Shown: positions 12,899 to 27,026, counted from the stretch's first letter. The stretch is 64,000 nucleotides of DNA from Antedon mediterranea (GCF_964355755.1 NC_092670.1:30678388-30742387); one strand, 5' to 3'. Numbers and translations: made by a program. Notes: generated from the sequence alone by a model not told the origin.

Positions 12899-15800
12899 GT
12901 AAGTCAGTGCATACTTTTGATTTTTTATATTTATTTTATATACCAAAGGAAAGTCATAAAAACAACAGTACTTACAAAATAATGTATTAATTCGATGCAG
13001 CAATTGCTTTGTTGACACATCATGAAGTATTTGTATGTATGCCTATTTTACATTATTATGGATTTTAAATGGTTACATATTCAAATATGCACGTTACTTA
13101 TTTGCACTCTTAAACATTATTTCAAATAGAGTTTTTTTTATAATTAAATTTAATTTGATATTTGGAGATTACGTGTGTATATGTATTAGTTTCATAGTTA
13201 TGTATCTTCTTTAATTTCAAATTATATAATATTCATAATATTAATTTATTTAAATAATATAATATATATTTATATACCACTACACACTTAATATAGGTAC
13301 CGTAGTTCGTGTTCTTATTGTAAACTATTCAGAAATCTGCATATCTTAATTATTATGATAATATTACATATATGTTGTACGTTCTGCTGTATATAACATT
13401 GATACACATAAATAACGATTCATTCTGCTAAAGGTGAACTTCAAAGGACATACCGATCAATGTGTTCACCTGCATACCTCGATATCACGTGATACTGTTG
13501 CAATCAATCACATAATCTCAACATTTACTCGCTTATCTCGGCAATCATGTATCGTCATACGCCTAATTGCGAGTGATTTTATTTTACTTCGATGCCATAC
13601 TGCACGAATGTTTTTTTTAAATCAATAATTGGAAACTGCACAAGCGTTTCTCGTAATTTATATAATATCAAATTAAAATGTTAAATATCTCGCACTGTTA
13701 TTTCACTCTGTTCAGTTGTAAGTAATATTAAATTATAATCACTATCATTTCATATCATATTATTAAATAATTATGATACGTATTGCGTATTGTGGGCCTG
13801 TTGTATATGTAGGCCTATAGAATACGATAAATTAAACACAAATATTGTACATAATGTTGTCCAAGTTATATTTCCGGGTGCATTGAATGAGGTTGTTACC
13901 GACACACATTATTGTAACAAATAATCATATTCAATACGGTATACACACTAATGTTATCAGTTCGTATTATTATTCCTTGTTAGAAACTTTTATAGGCACT
14001 ATAGCCATTTATTATTAATGCATACCGTATTTATTCTATTATCGGAATAATAATAATATGCTATATATAATTTTTAAATCACGTTGTTTTGTATTCTAAA
14101 CTGTGCGCCACCGTTATTAAAGGTTATGTATTGTTGCGTTAGCTTATGTGTACATTGTACTAAATGTATGTGCATTATCTATTTATAATGCAATGGTTTT
14201 ATTAATATAAGCTAACTTTCGTTTTATGTATTAATGCAGGGGAGGACCGTGTTGTTGGTCAAAGCCAATACGAAGGTGCTGGAGCGACTTTTCTATATCG
14301 TATTTCTTTAATTGCCAAATGGTAATAAAACCAATTTTCCCCTACAGATCCGTAAGCCTCCATCATTCATTATCGACATTAATGCAAATGAAACAGACAA
14401 TGTGATATTTTAAAGACGTTGGCTTTTCAATTTGATTATGGTATATGGAGACCAGCATAGATTAAAAACAATGCGTGCAACAGTTAACACAACTTGTTAT
14501 TATGACATAGGCTTATACCAGTACAATATTAAATTCATCTCTATTCTATTTCTGTAGTGGGTATCTCCCCATATTGGAACACTGCTATAGTCGTCAATGT
14601 GTATATCATGTTTCTTTATCAGTGTAGGCCTATAGGCCTGACTTCTCGTAGATTAAGAACCTAACCCATCCATGTTCATTGTTGGAGGGTGAATGTCTGT
14701 CAAAAGGGATTGTTTTGTAGATTACATAGGTCTACATTATATAATTATCTTTTAGACAATGGTCTAAATATTTTTTTTTCATATTTATTGAATCAGTTTA
14801 GGAATACAGTTCTATATTTATCATAATAGTTAATAATAGTTTATATAATGTTTCTTATGTTTATTGTAATGTATCCGTTACTGTTTGAATGTTAACCATC
14901 ATGTTATTGGCCTACTGATTTTGGTTTGGTTTTCTAAATAAAATAAAATAGATAAATAATAAATACTGTAAAATACAAAATAACAAACTATTTTGTTGCC
15001 CTCCCCTTCAACCGTTGTTGTCATCATACACTTACAACAAATTAAATATTTGGATAAAGGGGATAATACTATAGGATTAAGTTGAAACGCCTGTGTCTCT
15101 TCAGCAACAACACAGTATCAACAACTTAGCTCGCTTTTAATTGTCATGTATATATTTTCTTGCCTAAAATTAAGTTCAATGTGTTCATAACAAATGAAAC
15201 AACAGATAGACAACACAGGAATAGTATTCATTTGCCTGATTTATCGTAAAGTTAAAGACAGTTGAAATAATTAAGATATAAAATCGTTTAGTATAAACAG
15301 TTTTCTGGCCTGAAATTCCTTTTAGTCTGTCCTGTTCTTTGAATTAAATGACAATGTGTCTGAAGGAAGGCTTACAATAGATAATACAACTAATACAGGC
15401 CAAGTTTAATCAAAAGTTATATAAGCAGTACGATATAAGATTACTTAAGTGAGGAACGCCCGCGCCTACTCTGTGATTAGAGAATCTTTAAAATCAAACA
15501 AAAACACTGAGAAAAATACACAAAATTTAATCCCCATCAATAGAATACAGATCCAAAGAATTCAGTATAATTATATTATTGACAGAAGAGACAGTCATAC
15601 TCGACATATTCGAAATAAGCATAGGACTAATAATAATACTTATTAACTTATCTGTTCGCTTCGTAAGGTATTACGATAATTGTAAACAACTAGAAAACGA
15701 GGACATAGGTCCTATACTTTACCCAGCAATCAGCAAAATTGTTATATTTTGCGTTGAAATGCACATCATTTGGAATGGAAGGAGATATTAAGAAACCTTA

Positions 15801-18800
15801 TGTTTAGTTTGTTTATATAGCATGCTATTATTATTAATATATAAGGCCTACTTTTTTTTTTACATTCACATACCCACCCCACAACAACTTCCAGGAAAGA
15901 ACTCATTTAGGCCTATAACTATAAGTTTGTTCGATTATAAACGAATTTAACCTCGTCAATAGTTTTGATTTTTGAAATGTCAAAATAAATACACTGGATT
16001 GAATCGAGAGTGCTTCATTATCATTGATCTATTGGGATTTCTATAATCCGGACGCTTTGACATACTTAGCACCTACTTATTCAATTCAGACTCAATTACC
16101 TATTATTTAATGTAACCAATGAGTCATAATTTGTACAAAATATAATATATAGTAACCACAAACCTAATCTAATTTCGCTTTTATACGATCAATAATTTAC
16201 ATTCGTTTCTATCGCAATTGCTTTGTTTCCAAACTTCATTTAATTAGCATTTATAATTATAATTATGGAAATATAATCGGTGAGTGTTTTTGTGGCACTT
16301 ACTGAATTTCCAGGGGCTACAATTTATGTAAATTCAAGATATTCAAATACACATAAAACATGAAAAAGCCTACCATTTCCATCAGCTTTCATGCACGGTA
16401 AGATGAGGACGAATAAGGCGCGCATTTCATAATAAAAACAAAATACTTATTATATTTTCCCAGGGGTTACTAAATTCGATTGTGTGGACCTGGTTATGTA
16501 CGTGCAATTCTCATCAGCTTTCCAAACCCCTCCAACCTTGAATATCTATTCGGGTATAACAATGGCCTGAATGAAAGGCAAATTATCACAATCGGCACGT
16601 TAATCTAGTCAAATAGCGTTGAATGAACTGTCGTAACGAAATCCGTAAGAACGCGTGGATTGATAACGAGCAAAGCAAAGAAGGCGTTACGAACACGCTA
16701 TTACAGAATGCTTGAGGGCACTGCTCTTTTACATAGTTTTGCGGCCGGGTTTAGTTCATTTACAAGGTCATTGATATTATATACGATGTATAGGTGACTT
16801 GTATTATTACGTTCTAGGTTAAACACACTTTGTAACATGATATTATAGAAATAATACAATACCTGACGTCACTATAAAGACTTAACATACTTTCTGTAAT
16901 CTGAAGCTGGGAGATCCCCTTTAAGCTTTACAAATTAACACTTAATTAACTATAATCGGAATTTTATATAACAAAATAACTAAAGTGCAATAAGTAATAC
17001 GAAACATTCACACTGCCTAAAACCAATACGATGTTTCCACTATTTAGTATTACGTACTCGTGAGATCAAAACAATAAGACTGAAAAAATATGACGAATAG
17101 AAACGTTTGTACAAAGGAACAGAAACAAATCTGATTCGTCATTATGATAATTGCAATAACTAGACTTAGATTGGGCCTGTTTCATGTTTTAAATGCCTGT
17201 GCAACAGTACTGTACCAATTACATAATTATGAAATATAAATGGTGTATGTCGAGGCGGAAACGGCAACAATTATCGGAACAAGTGTGGCTATATTTGTAT
17301 CATTGCATATACAATTATTAGTATCATTATTACCCTCTGTTTACCTGCATTATTATGATCATTATCGTCAATGATAAACGATGGGGATGATGTTATAACA
17401 TCATCCCCATCGTTTATCATTATCATCACAAATCATTGTCATTCGTCAACACCATTATCATCGTCAACAAAATTATTATCATCAATCATAATCTCATTTG
17501 TGATCATTACTATTATCACCATCATCATCAATAATCATCGTTATCGTTATTATCAATCATCGTCATCATCAGTAACCATGATGATCATCATCAATCATCA
17601 TCATCACTACCATCATAGTCGATATATCACCAATCTATTTATTTATTTATTTTATTGAATCGAAACCAACAGCGATAATTACCGCCACTAACAGCTTTGA
17701 TACAACCAAAGCCAGGACTGTTTAAAGCATCTTGATTGGTCCTAACATCGATCAAGGGCTTCTCTCGTCCAGTGCCCACCTTGACCAGAGGAAAGGCATA
17801 AGCCAATACGTCTAAGGCAGATACTAGATGAAGGGGCTGCCTACTAATTTCAAATACCTAACGAGACCCCAGCTGCATATACAGCACCCGCTATTCCCAG
17901 ATGGCCTCCCATCCAAGCTCTAACCAGGCCCAACGTTGCTTAACTTCGGTGATCTGACGAGAACCGGTGTTTCATCTATTTTTGTCAACCATCTTATCTT
18001 CTTCAAAAATTATCATCATCATCAGAAAATATCATCATCATCTTTTATCATCACCATTAATAAAGCGAAACTGTATTAATAACTCGTACACGAAGGCTTA
18101 ATTTTTATGCAGGGTTTATTCTTTGAATAACGTATAATACTACAATACATATCCTGGAAACACTTATATAAGACAACTTGAGGGAGTTCAGCGTAGAGCA
18201 ACTAAATTTATTTTAAATAATTTTGAAGCTGATTACAAATGTAGACTTTAAACATGCAATTTATTACCATTATGTTATAGGCGTCACTTTACTGATATCG
18301 TTTTTCTCTTTAAGATTTTCAATTCTAATATAATTAATACTGACAATTTATTTAATATTCGTAATCCACAACGTGTTACTCGTAGCTCTTCTTCTGTTGG
18401 TACTCTTTTTGATATTCGTCGCTGCAGAACTGAATCTTCTTTCAATCATATATCCCACGTGTTACCAGAATTCGGAATAACTTACCCAGTGAAATCCGCA
18501 ACTTAAATATTTCTGTTTGTTCTTTTAAAACCAAATTACTTAATTATCTCAATATTTATTTTTTAAATAGTTTTGATATTGAAAATGTGTGTAGTTGGTC
18601 GCTTTCTTGTCGATGCTTTTATTGTAGAACGTAATTTATTTATTTTTCTCTGTTCTGGGTTGACCAACTAGCATAGGTGTTTAGCACCTGTTTGGTCTTT
18701 CCGTGCCTCCTTTTATAATTGTTTTGTCTTCTTTGTTATGTATATGGCAGAAATTGAATAAATAACAACAAAAAAACCATCATCAAATAGCATTATCATA

Positions 18801-19128
18801 ACTATAATCATGATCATCATCGTCATCATCAACATTACCTTCATATTCATTATCATCATCATCATCATCGCCATCATTATCACCATCATCATCACATCTT
18901 CACCATCATCACCATCTTCATCATTACATCATCATCATCATCATAATCATCATCTTTGTCGTCGCCATCATAATCATCATCTTTGTCGTCGCCATCATAA
19001 TCATCATCATTATCCTCGCCATCATCATGACCATTATCATCACCATCATCATCATCATCATCACCATTATCATCATCGCCATCATCATCCTGATCACCAC
19101 CACCATCATCATCACCATTATCATCACC

Positions 19129-19160
<32 letters not shown>

Positions 19161-22100
19161 CACCATTATCATCATCACCATTACCATCATCACCATCATC
19201 ATCATCATCATCACCATTATCATCATCACTATTATTATCATCTCCATTATCATCATCATCACCATTATCATCATCACCATTACCATCATCACCATCATCA
19301 TCATCATCATCATCACCATTATCATCACCATCATCATCATCATCATCACCATTATCATCAACACCATTATCATCATCACCATTATTATCATCTCCATTAT
19401 CATCATCGCCATCATCACATCATCCTTATCATCGCCATCACTATCATAATCATCATCATTAACATCATCATCATACCATCGCCATCATTATCACCATCAT
19501 CATCATCGCCATCATGATCATCATCATCATCACCATCACCATCATCATCATCATTACATCATCATCGCCATCATCATCACCATCATTATCACCATCATCA
19601 TTACAATCACCACCATCATCATCGTCCACATCATCACCACCGACGTCGTAGTGTCTTATTATTGTCACAATCATTATCTTCTGTAAAGCTTGGTTCCGAC
19701 TATAATGTAACGCAAGGACGTAAACGCTACGCAAGCGTTTTAACCAATGACAAGCGAAGTAATAGACAGTTAGCAATCACAAGCGAATAAGCCATCGCTT
19801 GTGATTGGTCAATTCACTTGCGTTGCGTTACGTCCTTGTATTGCGTCGCTAGTGGGAACCACGCTTAAGTACGTGATGACAATAATTGCATATTATTATA
19901 ATCACAGGTTTTAATGGTGCTATCAAACTATATTTTTGCAAAATAGTTTGCATTTTTATAATTCAATTGCATTTCTTCGTTGTTCTATTTTGAAGACCAA
20001 TGCTTAATTTAACACTGTAACAATACATAGTAAAGACAAAACTATAATGATAATAAGGAACTAGTGATTATCATAATACATTGAATTATTCTGATGCAGT
20101 GGTATCGGTATTATATTTATCAAGGACACTTCATGTTCCCACCAAAATGAATAATTGTGTGAATGCAGTTAATTATTTCTTATCAAACATAATTAAGAAT
20201 CTTAAAGCAGGGGGTCAATATAATTGGACATAACCACCTTAATCCAAAAATATTTTAACTAGGTTTAAGACAAGATGACTTAGGGTGCCTGATTCTCTTC
20301 TACTTCAAGGTTAGAAAACGCTCTCGTGCTAACCTCAAATATGTTGTCAAGGATATTTATGAAATAATATATCGCCACTGATGTATCGTGTGTCATGCGA
20401 AAATAAAATTAGTCTAGATATTAGCCTAATATTAATAATGTGACGAAGAAGCGCCCTCTGAAACGGTTATCACCCCTGAACAACAGTGACTAATTCGAGT
20501 AGAAAAACGAAAGTGAACTGAATGGGTTAAAGGAATTTTGTTTAAACAAGTTGTGTTCTGTAAGCAACTAATATTTATTTACCGGACACAACTTTTTTTA
20601 ACTAAACTAAAAAATAAATAGTAAAATAATAAATTTAATTTCTGTAGGCCTACACATCACATGGGGAAATGAAATCATTATTTTAGTTTAGTTGGAATAA
20701 AACTTTAAATGGAAATTAAACAATTAATGTTCTTCTTTCCTATGTAATTTGAGAGATGTATCCGTATGAAACCATAGTGGTATAATATTATGGCCTCATC
20801 TTTTCAAGCAGAAATAGTTTATTGGATCAACAGTCAAACATATTTTCAGATTATTCACCAGTTACACCTCCCTTTGTATTTTGTCTCGAACGGCACCCCG
20901 TGCCTTTAATTTAATTCTGCATTTGTCCCCACCCTCCCCCCAACATTCTGTTAAAAGTGTAAATACACAGACCACGTGCACACACGTGCCGATAATTGTA
21001 TAGGCTATACTGTTCATGCATATAACCTGTGTGAGTATAATTCATTTAAAACACAAAGGCTGTAAAACACGTATTGTTATGCATTGAAATCTGAATCACG
21101 TTCTGCACTATATCTAAACGGTTTTTATTTATCAAAATCATAAATAACGGTCATATTGAAGGTTTCGTAAAAAGATGTTTTTTTGTACTTTGGCGTCTTA
21201 TCATTCGCACGAATGCCCCACTAAAGCCGGTGTTTCGCTGGTATGTGAGAACAACACTTGAAATTTACTTCGATTTTTCAGTCGACAAGGCAGACCCAAT
21301 CCAACAAGGTCGCTTTACCTAAAATAGGATCATAAATTTATTTATAGAAAGTTGCATGCTGAGTATAATATTATACGTTTTGTCGTATAAGACGACCGTG
21401 ACCCTCGACTGGCAGTCGATTGCCTCTTGTTTTACCCAGGGTTAATTTAACGACCATCGTCTTGTTATTCGAAATGATTAGGGCGTAAATAGGGCCTAAA
21501 GCGGATCAAAAAAACTCCTAATGAATTGAAAATAACATAACATAACGCAGTTTGGTAATCATCAATATTCTGATTTTGTAATTAATGGAATTTTGCAGAA
21601 TTTGAAACAAGTTGTAATAAGTAATATTATGGATGTATTCGCTACTCTTATGAATGGCATTAACAAATACCTTGAATAATTATTATGGCAAATGCGATAT
21701 GATAAACATTATTTTAATAATACTCATGGTTTAGGCCTATCATCCACTTCATATTTTATACTCAACGATTCTCATTAGCCGGACGGTTTACATCAAATTA
21801 CATCACGGTTTGAGATACAACCAGAAGACACGAGTTATAGTCTTATTAGATGAGTAAGTAAAGCAAATAAAACAATGCTAAATATTTATCATAACTTACT
21901 AATATATTTATTTGTGTTTGATTTTACAGTATTTGAGCCTTCTGTTATCAGACACCAATTCGAATTTCGTTCGTTCGTGATGATGAAGATGTTTCTAGCT
22001 GCAGTGTCGTCTGGCTTGCTCTGTTTAGCCCTTATGTCAATCCTTCCTTCAACGTCTCAAAGATTTCAGTTAGCTCGCAATAGCTTCATTGAACGTTTCC

Positions 22101-25100
22101 AACTCAAAGGATACCTGTCCTCTGCTATTGGTGGCGCCCTTCTCGGCTCTGGGATGATGATAGCTGGAGGAGTAAGTACTAAATGTTTACTAGATATTTC
22201 AATTTATAGAAAGATTTAGGTGTATTTTCCAGTAAAAAAAAACCTACAAAATGTGGTTTGTTTTATCATGGTTGTCAAAATGGTCATTTGAAAATCTCCT
22301 AAGATGACAGTAATCGGTGGCTCAGACTATACTATATTTTGTAATTATGCATAATTGAATAAGTATTACCGATGCCTGACCTCACTTGTGCAGTTAAAAG
22401 AAGGCATTTGTTATGGTCTTTGTAAAGTAGCTTACTTTATCTATTTTTACCACCTTAAAACACAACTTTCTTTACTTCTTCTACAGTGCCCAGCTGGCGT
22501 TCTTGTTCAAGTTGGTGCTGGCATATCTTCATCAGGTAAGTCATTTTCTCTGCAATTGCTGTGTGTTGCCTGCCAAACTTCACTACCTTCTCATTGTCTA
22601 AATCCCCCCTTTTTTTGTCTCTCAAACAGTTTCCGCCTTGGAATTGGACAATATTGTTTGTTTTCCGTTTCTTGTATTGTAAGCCTATGCCAAACATAAT
22701 TGCATGAACGTCTTCAGCACTTTACTATACTGTCGTCTAATTATTATACATTACATGCATTTGTTACTCTGCCAAACTTCCGTCCGTTTTATGTAAGTTA
22801 GGCCCACTATGTTGTCATGCTATGCATCTCTCCACTTTCCGTGTTGTCTACCAAGTATTTTCTCCTCTAAACTGTCTGTGAATGTTGGTGTATTCCAAAT
22901 TTGATTGCTTTTCGTTAATTTATTATCAGTCTGTCTATTTTCCATGTAATAATATTGTTGTCTGCCAACCTTCTCTGTCTTAGCTTTCCGTATAATTATT
23001 TTCTGCCAACCTTTAGGCCTACTGGTTTTTGTTCGTATCATCTACACACTCTTCTCTATCATCGTTGTTACAGTTTTTTTAAATGAATGAATTATTTTAA
23101 ATACATCGCCAATAATCTCTCGAGCGTCGTTTTTATTTTAGTATCACCTTAATGTCCCCAAATCCATTTTATAAACAAACCCCGACCTTGTATTTATTCT
23201 TTATGGATTCCGAAATGGTCGTTTTGTACCATGTTGTTCGATTTACAAATTAATGAACCATTGAAGACCCATTTAAATAAATCGGCCAACACTGCAATAA
23301 ATGCATTTAGTGCGAAATGCATAAATGTTTATCTATTTGGATTCAAATTCTTATTTTTCAACATTTTTAAGAAAATCTTTATTTTCCATCTGTAAATAAT
23401 CGTGTATACATATTTTTTTTTTCATTTATAGTGGTAACATTTATGGGTTGTCTGTTTGGTGCGTTTCTCTATGGTGTCAGTGAGCCAATCATTACGAGTT
23501 TGACAAAACCAACAGAACCATTAAAACATAAAACGTAAGTTGATTACACATTACCCATTGTTGCATACATTGAATTGTAATACATTTTGTATTGATACTA
23601 ATGGTGGTATCTAGTACATCATGAATATAGGGTTGCAAACAATGATAACAATTAAACATAATGTGATAGTACATTAATATGAAAGATATCCAATATACGT
23701 TGTTTGTACTATTTTTGGTACACACTGTACTGTAGTCTGCTCGTTCGCTCGTACAGATGTTTTATCACGGAAAAAATAAAATACGTTTAATAATTATTAT
23801 TATAAGACATTTAAAAATGCCTTTGTCGTCTACGAATTGTGATGATTGATATTCGTATAGAACAATAAACATGGTAGGTTATTGCGGTTACTAATGTGAT
23901 ATTCATATTTGTTTTATATAGATTTGATGGGGCAACTAATAGACGGTATTTCAACTTAGCGGTGCCATTTGGGCTAGCTCTCATACCTCTCATTGCCATT
24001 CTTGACTTTGCTATACCTTGGACGCAAGAAGTTTCGACAGATGTGACGTCAGAGAGTGGCATATTTACCTCTAGGGCATGGGCGCCATATTACGCAGGTG
24101 AGAATTGGGTTAATGATATACGTTAGCACATAGTTATTTAGGCCTACTTATGTTTAATTCCAACAGCTTTTAAAAAGGCTTTCGTACCACGTTCACTATT
24201 TATCTTTCTGATTGAGGTACGTTAACTGAAATTTTCAATAAAAGGTAGACTTTCCAATAATGATAAATTGTAAATTCACGGTAAGCCTAATAATTAAATA
24301 GTAAAGTCTAAGACAAAAAAGAGAAAGAGACAGAAAAAAAAATTATTCTCAATTTAAGATTATATTATCTCATACGTACCCAGACATAGTCACTTTCCGC
24401 GTACCAGCACAGAATCCACAACCATTAACGGCAAGCTTACATTCGTCACTAACTAATAATCAACTGTATTAACCTAAGGTAGACCCATGCTTTTAAAGCC
24501 TATTATTTTTCATTCACTTTAATGTTTTTCTATGTAGGAGCTTTAATCGGTTCATTACAAGTACCGATGGTTCTGTTTGTTAGTGAAAATCTTGGAGGTA
24601 GTAGTAGTTACTGCACAATGGCTTCCTGGACTCTTCCTGGAGATCTGCTGAAACAAATTTCACCATATTTATATCGAATGAGAACAGGCTTCAAAAACTG
24701 GGGAATGGTAAGTTATTTTTGTATTTGTTCATATCTCGCAAAACTAACACATTTCATTAGTGTTTTGTCGAGGTGATATATACATACATTTTGCTATTAT
24801 GTAATATGATTTTGGTACACTTTTTATAGTAGGATGTAATTTGCAGGCAGACGGTCATTGTTAATTTTCCTTTTATTAACAAAAACACTGCCAATACAAC
24901 TTAGGCTACAAGTACTAAAATACACCATGAAATTATAATGATATTAAAAACGAAACTAATAATCCACATTATTAAGATATGGAACATAAATACATTGTTG
25001 TGCATATGTAGGCCTAGTTAAAATGCAAATGCATTGTGGTGTTTGGGGACTTCTAACATAGGATAACTTAACATTATTACACTTAGGCCTAGATACTAAA

Positions 25101-27026
25101 CATAAATTTAACATTTTTATGTGTTTTGTTACACGTTATACGACTGTTTATTAAGTTGTAGGTCTACTTTTCTAAAAATATATCAAAATCTATACAGGGA
25201 ATCCCGGAAGATACACCATCGGCAAATACTATATATTTATATAACAGACTGTAAATACTGTCACGGTTCCTTGCTGTCACTAGCGACACACATTCAAACA
25301 CGATATGTGTCACAAACAATAGTAGACAACTATACAATACTTTCAATGGAATTATCTAAGTAATTGATAATAATTATCCTATCCACCTTGAACTTATGAA
25401 GACAAAGTCAAAAGTAAAGTTGTGACCATCATAAAAATATCAACACAATATGCACGAGGTTTGCTGAAAATAGAAATATAACAAGAATGGCGGTATTTGT
25501 TATTTTTCTATGAAAATAGTGCAATAGCCGAAGGGAATTTTCTTTTAAAATTTTCATTTTATTTAAAAATAAATGTGTTAGGACAGGAATCATCAGCGAA
25601 TCGTAAATAAAAACGTGTTGCTTGCATGTATTGCGTGTTTATCAAAACAAAGGTTGTCCCTGAATTTTTGGTTCGCAGCTCACACGAAACGTTGTCAATT
25701 GTTTATTAAAAATCGTAATTCGTAAATAAATTCATAAGGCCTAGTTATCAAGGATATTAACGTTATGCAAGCAAAAATTAAATTGTTTGACCTTAGTTCG
25801 TGCATCTATCTTATTTAGATCGGTTTTCATGCCCATTATATTTAAAGGCCTAATGGATTCCTTGTCTGACGCCAAGTTCGTGCATCTATCTTATTTAGAT
25901 CTGATTTTATGCATATTTTGTTTAAAATTGGCGGCCATTTTCAATACGAGGCAAAACATTAAGTGTCAACAGGGCCTAGAGGGTTTAACTAGGATATCTG
26001 GCTATATTGACTGCATCTATTCCACTCCCCTAACTTGATTTCTAGGCCTTTTTAGATTTTTTTTCCTATACTAAGAAGGGAAGTACAGATATGTTGATAA
26101 ACAACAGTATACCTATACCTATAATCCAATGTTTATGTAGCCTACGTATGTTAAATATTAAACAAAAGTGGAGTATTTACAACCAGTAAAATCGTTATGA
26201 TTGATTAAATAATACATTAAACATATGTATCGATTACGAATCAATGGGTTCGGATAGATTTTATTAGAATGGGATTCTCGAACGCACTGAAACAGTACAT
26301 GTACGAACTCAAAATTATCTTTTAAAACCTTAAGGAGCACTTCATTACTTCATTATTAGTCGGTATAAACATGATAACCTTTAGATAGATTGTTTCCAGG
26401 AGAGTTCATCTTTAAATATATTGTTTCTTTTAACAGGCAACATACGTCACTACAACTGTAGTTGGAGCGCTATTGTCGTCAGTTTTAGCGGGAAGCTTTG
26501 GAACAACTGCTGGTGTTTCTCTTCACCATGCTTTTATTGGAGGATATACCATGATTTTTGGCGCAAGACTAGCAGGAGGTTGCACAAGGTATGCCTGGAC
26601 CACACTGTACTATGACTGCGAATTCCCAATGTATTAATGTATTGTAGCCTACTTAATAATTAATAATCCGTTACTAGAATATCTTTATCTTTAAAAAAAT
26701 AGCCTACCTGTATGTCTTTACACTTTTCTTAAACTTTGATCGTATGCAATGCTTTATACTAAATAATTAATTTAATTATTAAAATAACTACAAGTGTACG
26801 TACTTATTTTGTTGGTATTATATAAACAGGCCAAATGATATGATATTTATAAATATAAATTGAAGATAAAATTAAACAATACAGTATATTATTCTTTTTC
26901 TTCTGCAGTGGCCACGGACTATCTGGAATGGGAAATCTGCTGTTACTATCGTTTGCAGCTATTCCTGCTATGTTTGTTGGCGGTTCGTTAACTGCAGCCT
27001 ACATGCATATGATGAACATAATTTAA
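12652..27026 (+). CDS. yeeE: YeeE/YedE (TsuA-like) sulfur/thiosulfate transporter family membrane protein; join(12652-12898,21930-22171,22487-22535,23432-23534,23922-24097,24538-24707,26437-26588,26909-27026), 1257 nt, 418 aa
   Basis: Eight exons with GT-AG boundaries and matching phases (1,0,1,2,1,0,2) give one open frame from ATG to TAA. Gly-rich TM segments plus the two family Cys motifs GSGMMIAGG-CP and FGARLAGGCTSGHGLSG, and MEKGRVFEP..Q..F..F.MMKMFL. Family recognised by motif. Confidence 0.9.
17330..17630 (+). repeat. Degenerate (CAT)n tract
   Basis: Directly visible. Confidence 0.85.
17636..17974 (-). mobile_element. 5'-truncated 5S-headed SINE with a different body and (TAAA)n tail
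   Basis: 17880-17974 reverse complement closely matches the 5S head at 33234-33330; then about 220 nt unrelated body and an AATAAAAAATAAATAAAT tail. Confidence 0.72.
18060..18775 (+). mobile_element. Decayed CR1-group LINE 3' fragment
   Basis: Broken translation IRQLEGVQRRATKFILN..DY..RL / LLPLCYRR...D / RRCRTES / NNLPSEIRNL..CSFKTKL, then 3' UTR and AATAAA. Confidence 0.8.
18777..19640 (+). repeat. Long imperfect (CAT/CAC)n trinucleotide tract
   Basis: Directly visible; explains the poly-His/Ile/Met ORFs. Confidence 0.97.
19687..19865. mobile_element. PIF/Harbinger-type MITE, 179 bp
   Basis: Imperfect long TIRs AGCTTGGTTCCGACTA / AGCGTGGTTCCCACTA, TAA TSDs; decayed relative near 47293-47720. 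Confidence 0.75.
21930..22171 (+). CDS. YeeE-like exon 2 (VFEPSVIRHQF...GMMIAGG)
   Basis: acceptor TTTTACAG, donor GGA|GTAAGT, 242 nt. Confidence 0.9.
22487..22535 (+). CDS. YeeE-like exon 3 (CPAGVLVQVGAGISSS)
   Basis: acceptor CTTCTACAG, donor CAG|GTAAGT, 49 nt; supplies the first conserved Cys. Confidence 0.88.
23432..23534 (+). CDS. YeeE-like exon 4 (VTFMGCLFGAFLYG...PLKHK)
   Basis: poly-T acceptor ending TATAG, donor AC|GTAAGT, 103 nt; not in ORF track. Confidence 0.85.
23922..24097 (+). CDS. YeeE-like exon 5 (FDGATNRR...AWAPYYAG)
   Basis: acceptor TTTTATATAG, donor CAG|GTGAGA, 176 nt; W.PY.AG motif starts the second internal repeat. Confidence 0.88.
24538..24707 (+). CDS. YeeE-like exon 6 (ALIGSLQVP...KNWGM)
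   Basis: acceptor TATGTAG, donor ATG|GTAAGT, 170 nt. Confidence 0.88.
26437..26588 (+). CDS. YeeE-like exon 7 (ATYVTT...FGARLAGGCT)
   Basis: acceptor TTTTAACAG, donor AAG|GTATGC, 152 nt; read in a different frame from the listed 64-aa ORF. Confidence 0.9.
26909..27026 (+). CDS. YeeE-like exon 8 (SGHGLSGMG...MMNII*)
   Basis: acceptor TTCTGCAG, TAA at 27024-27026, AATAAA at about 27214. Confidence 0.9.

Noticed and set aside
18810-19517. 235-aa poly-His ORF and overlapping poly-Ile/poly-Met ORFs as metal-binding proteins
   Set aside because: Products of an intronic (CAT)n tract next to a LINE tail; stop-free frames are expected from the repeat
12652-27026. Bacterial contaminant or very recent HGT for the YeeE-like gene
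   Set aside because: Seven GT-AG introns filled with host repeats and host-like composition; ancient HGT is not excluded
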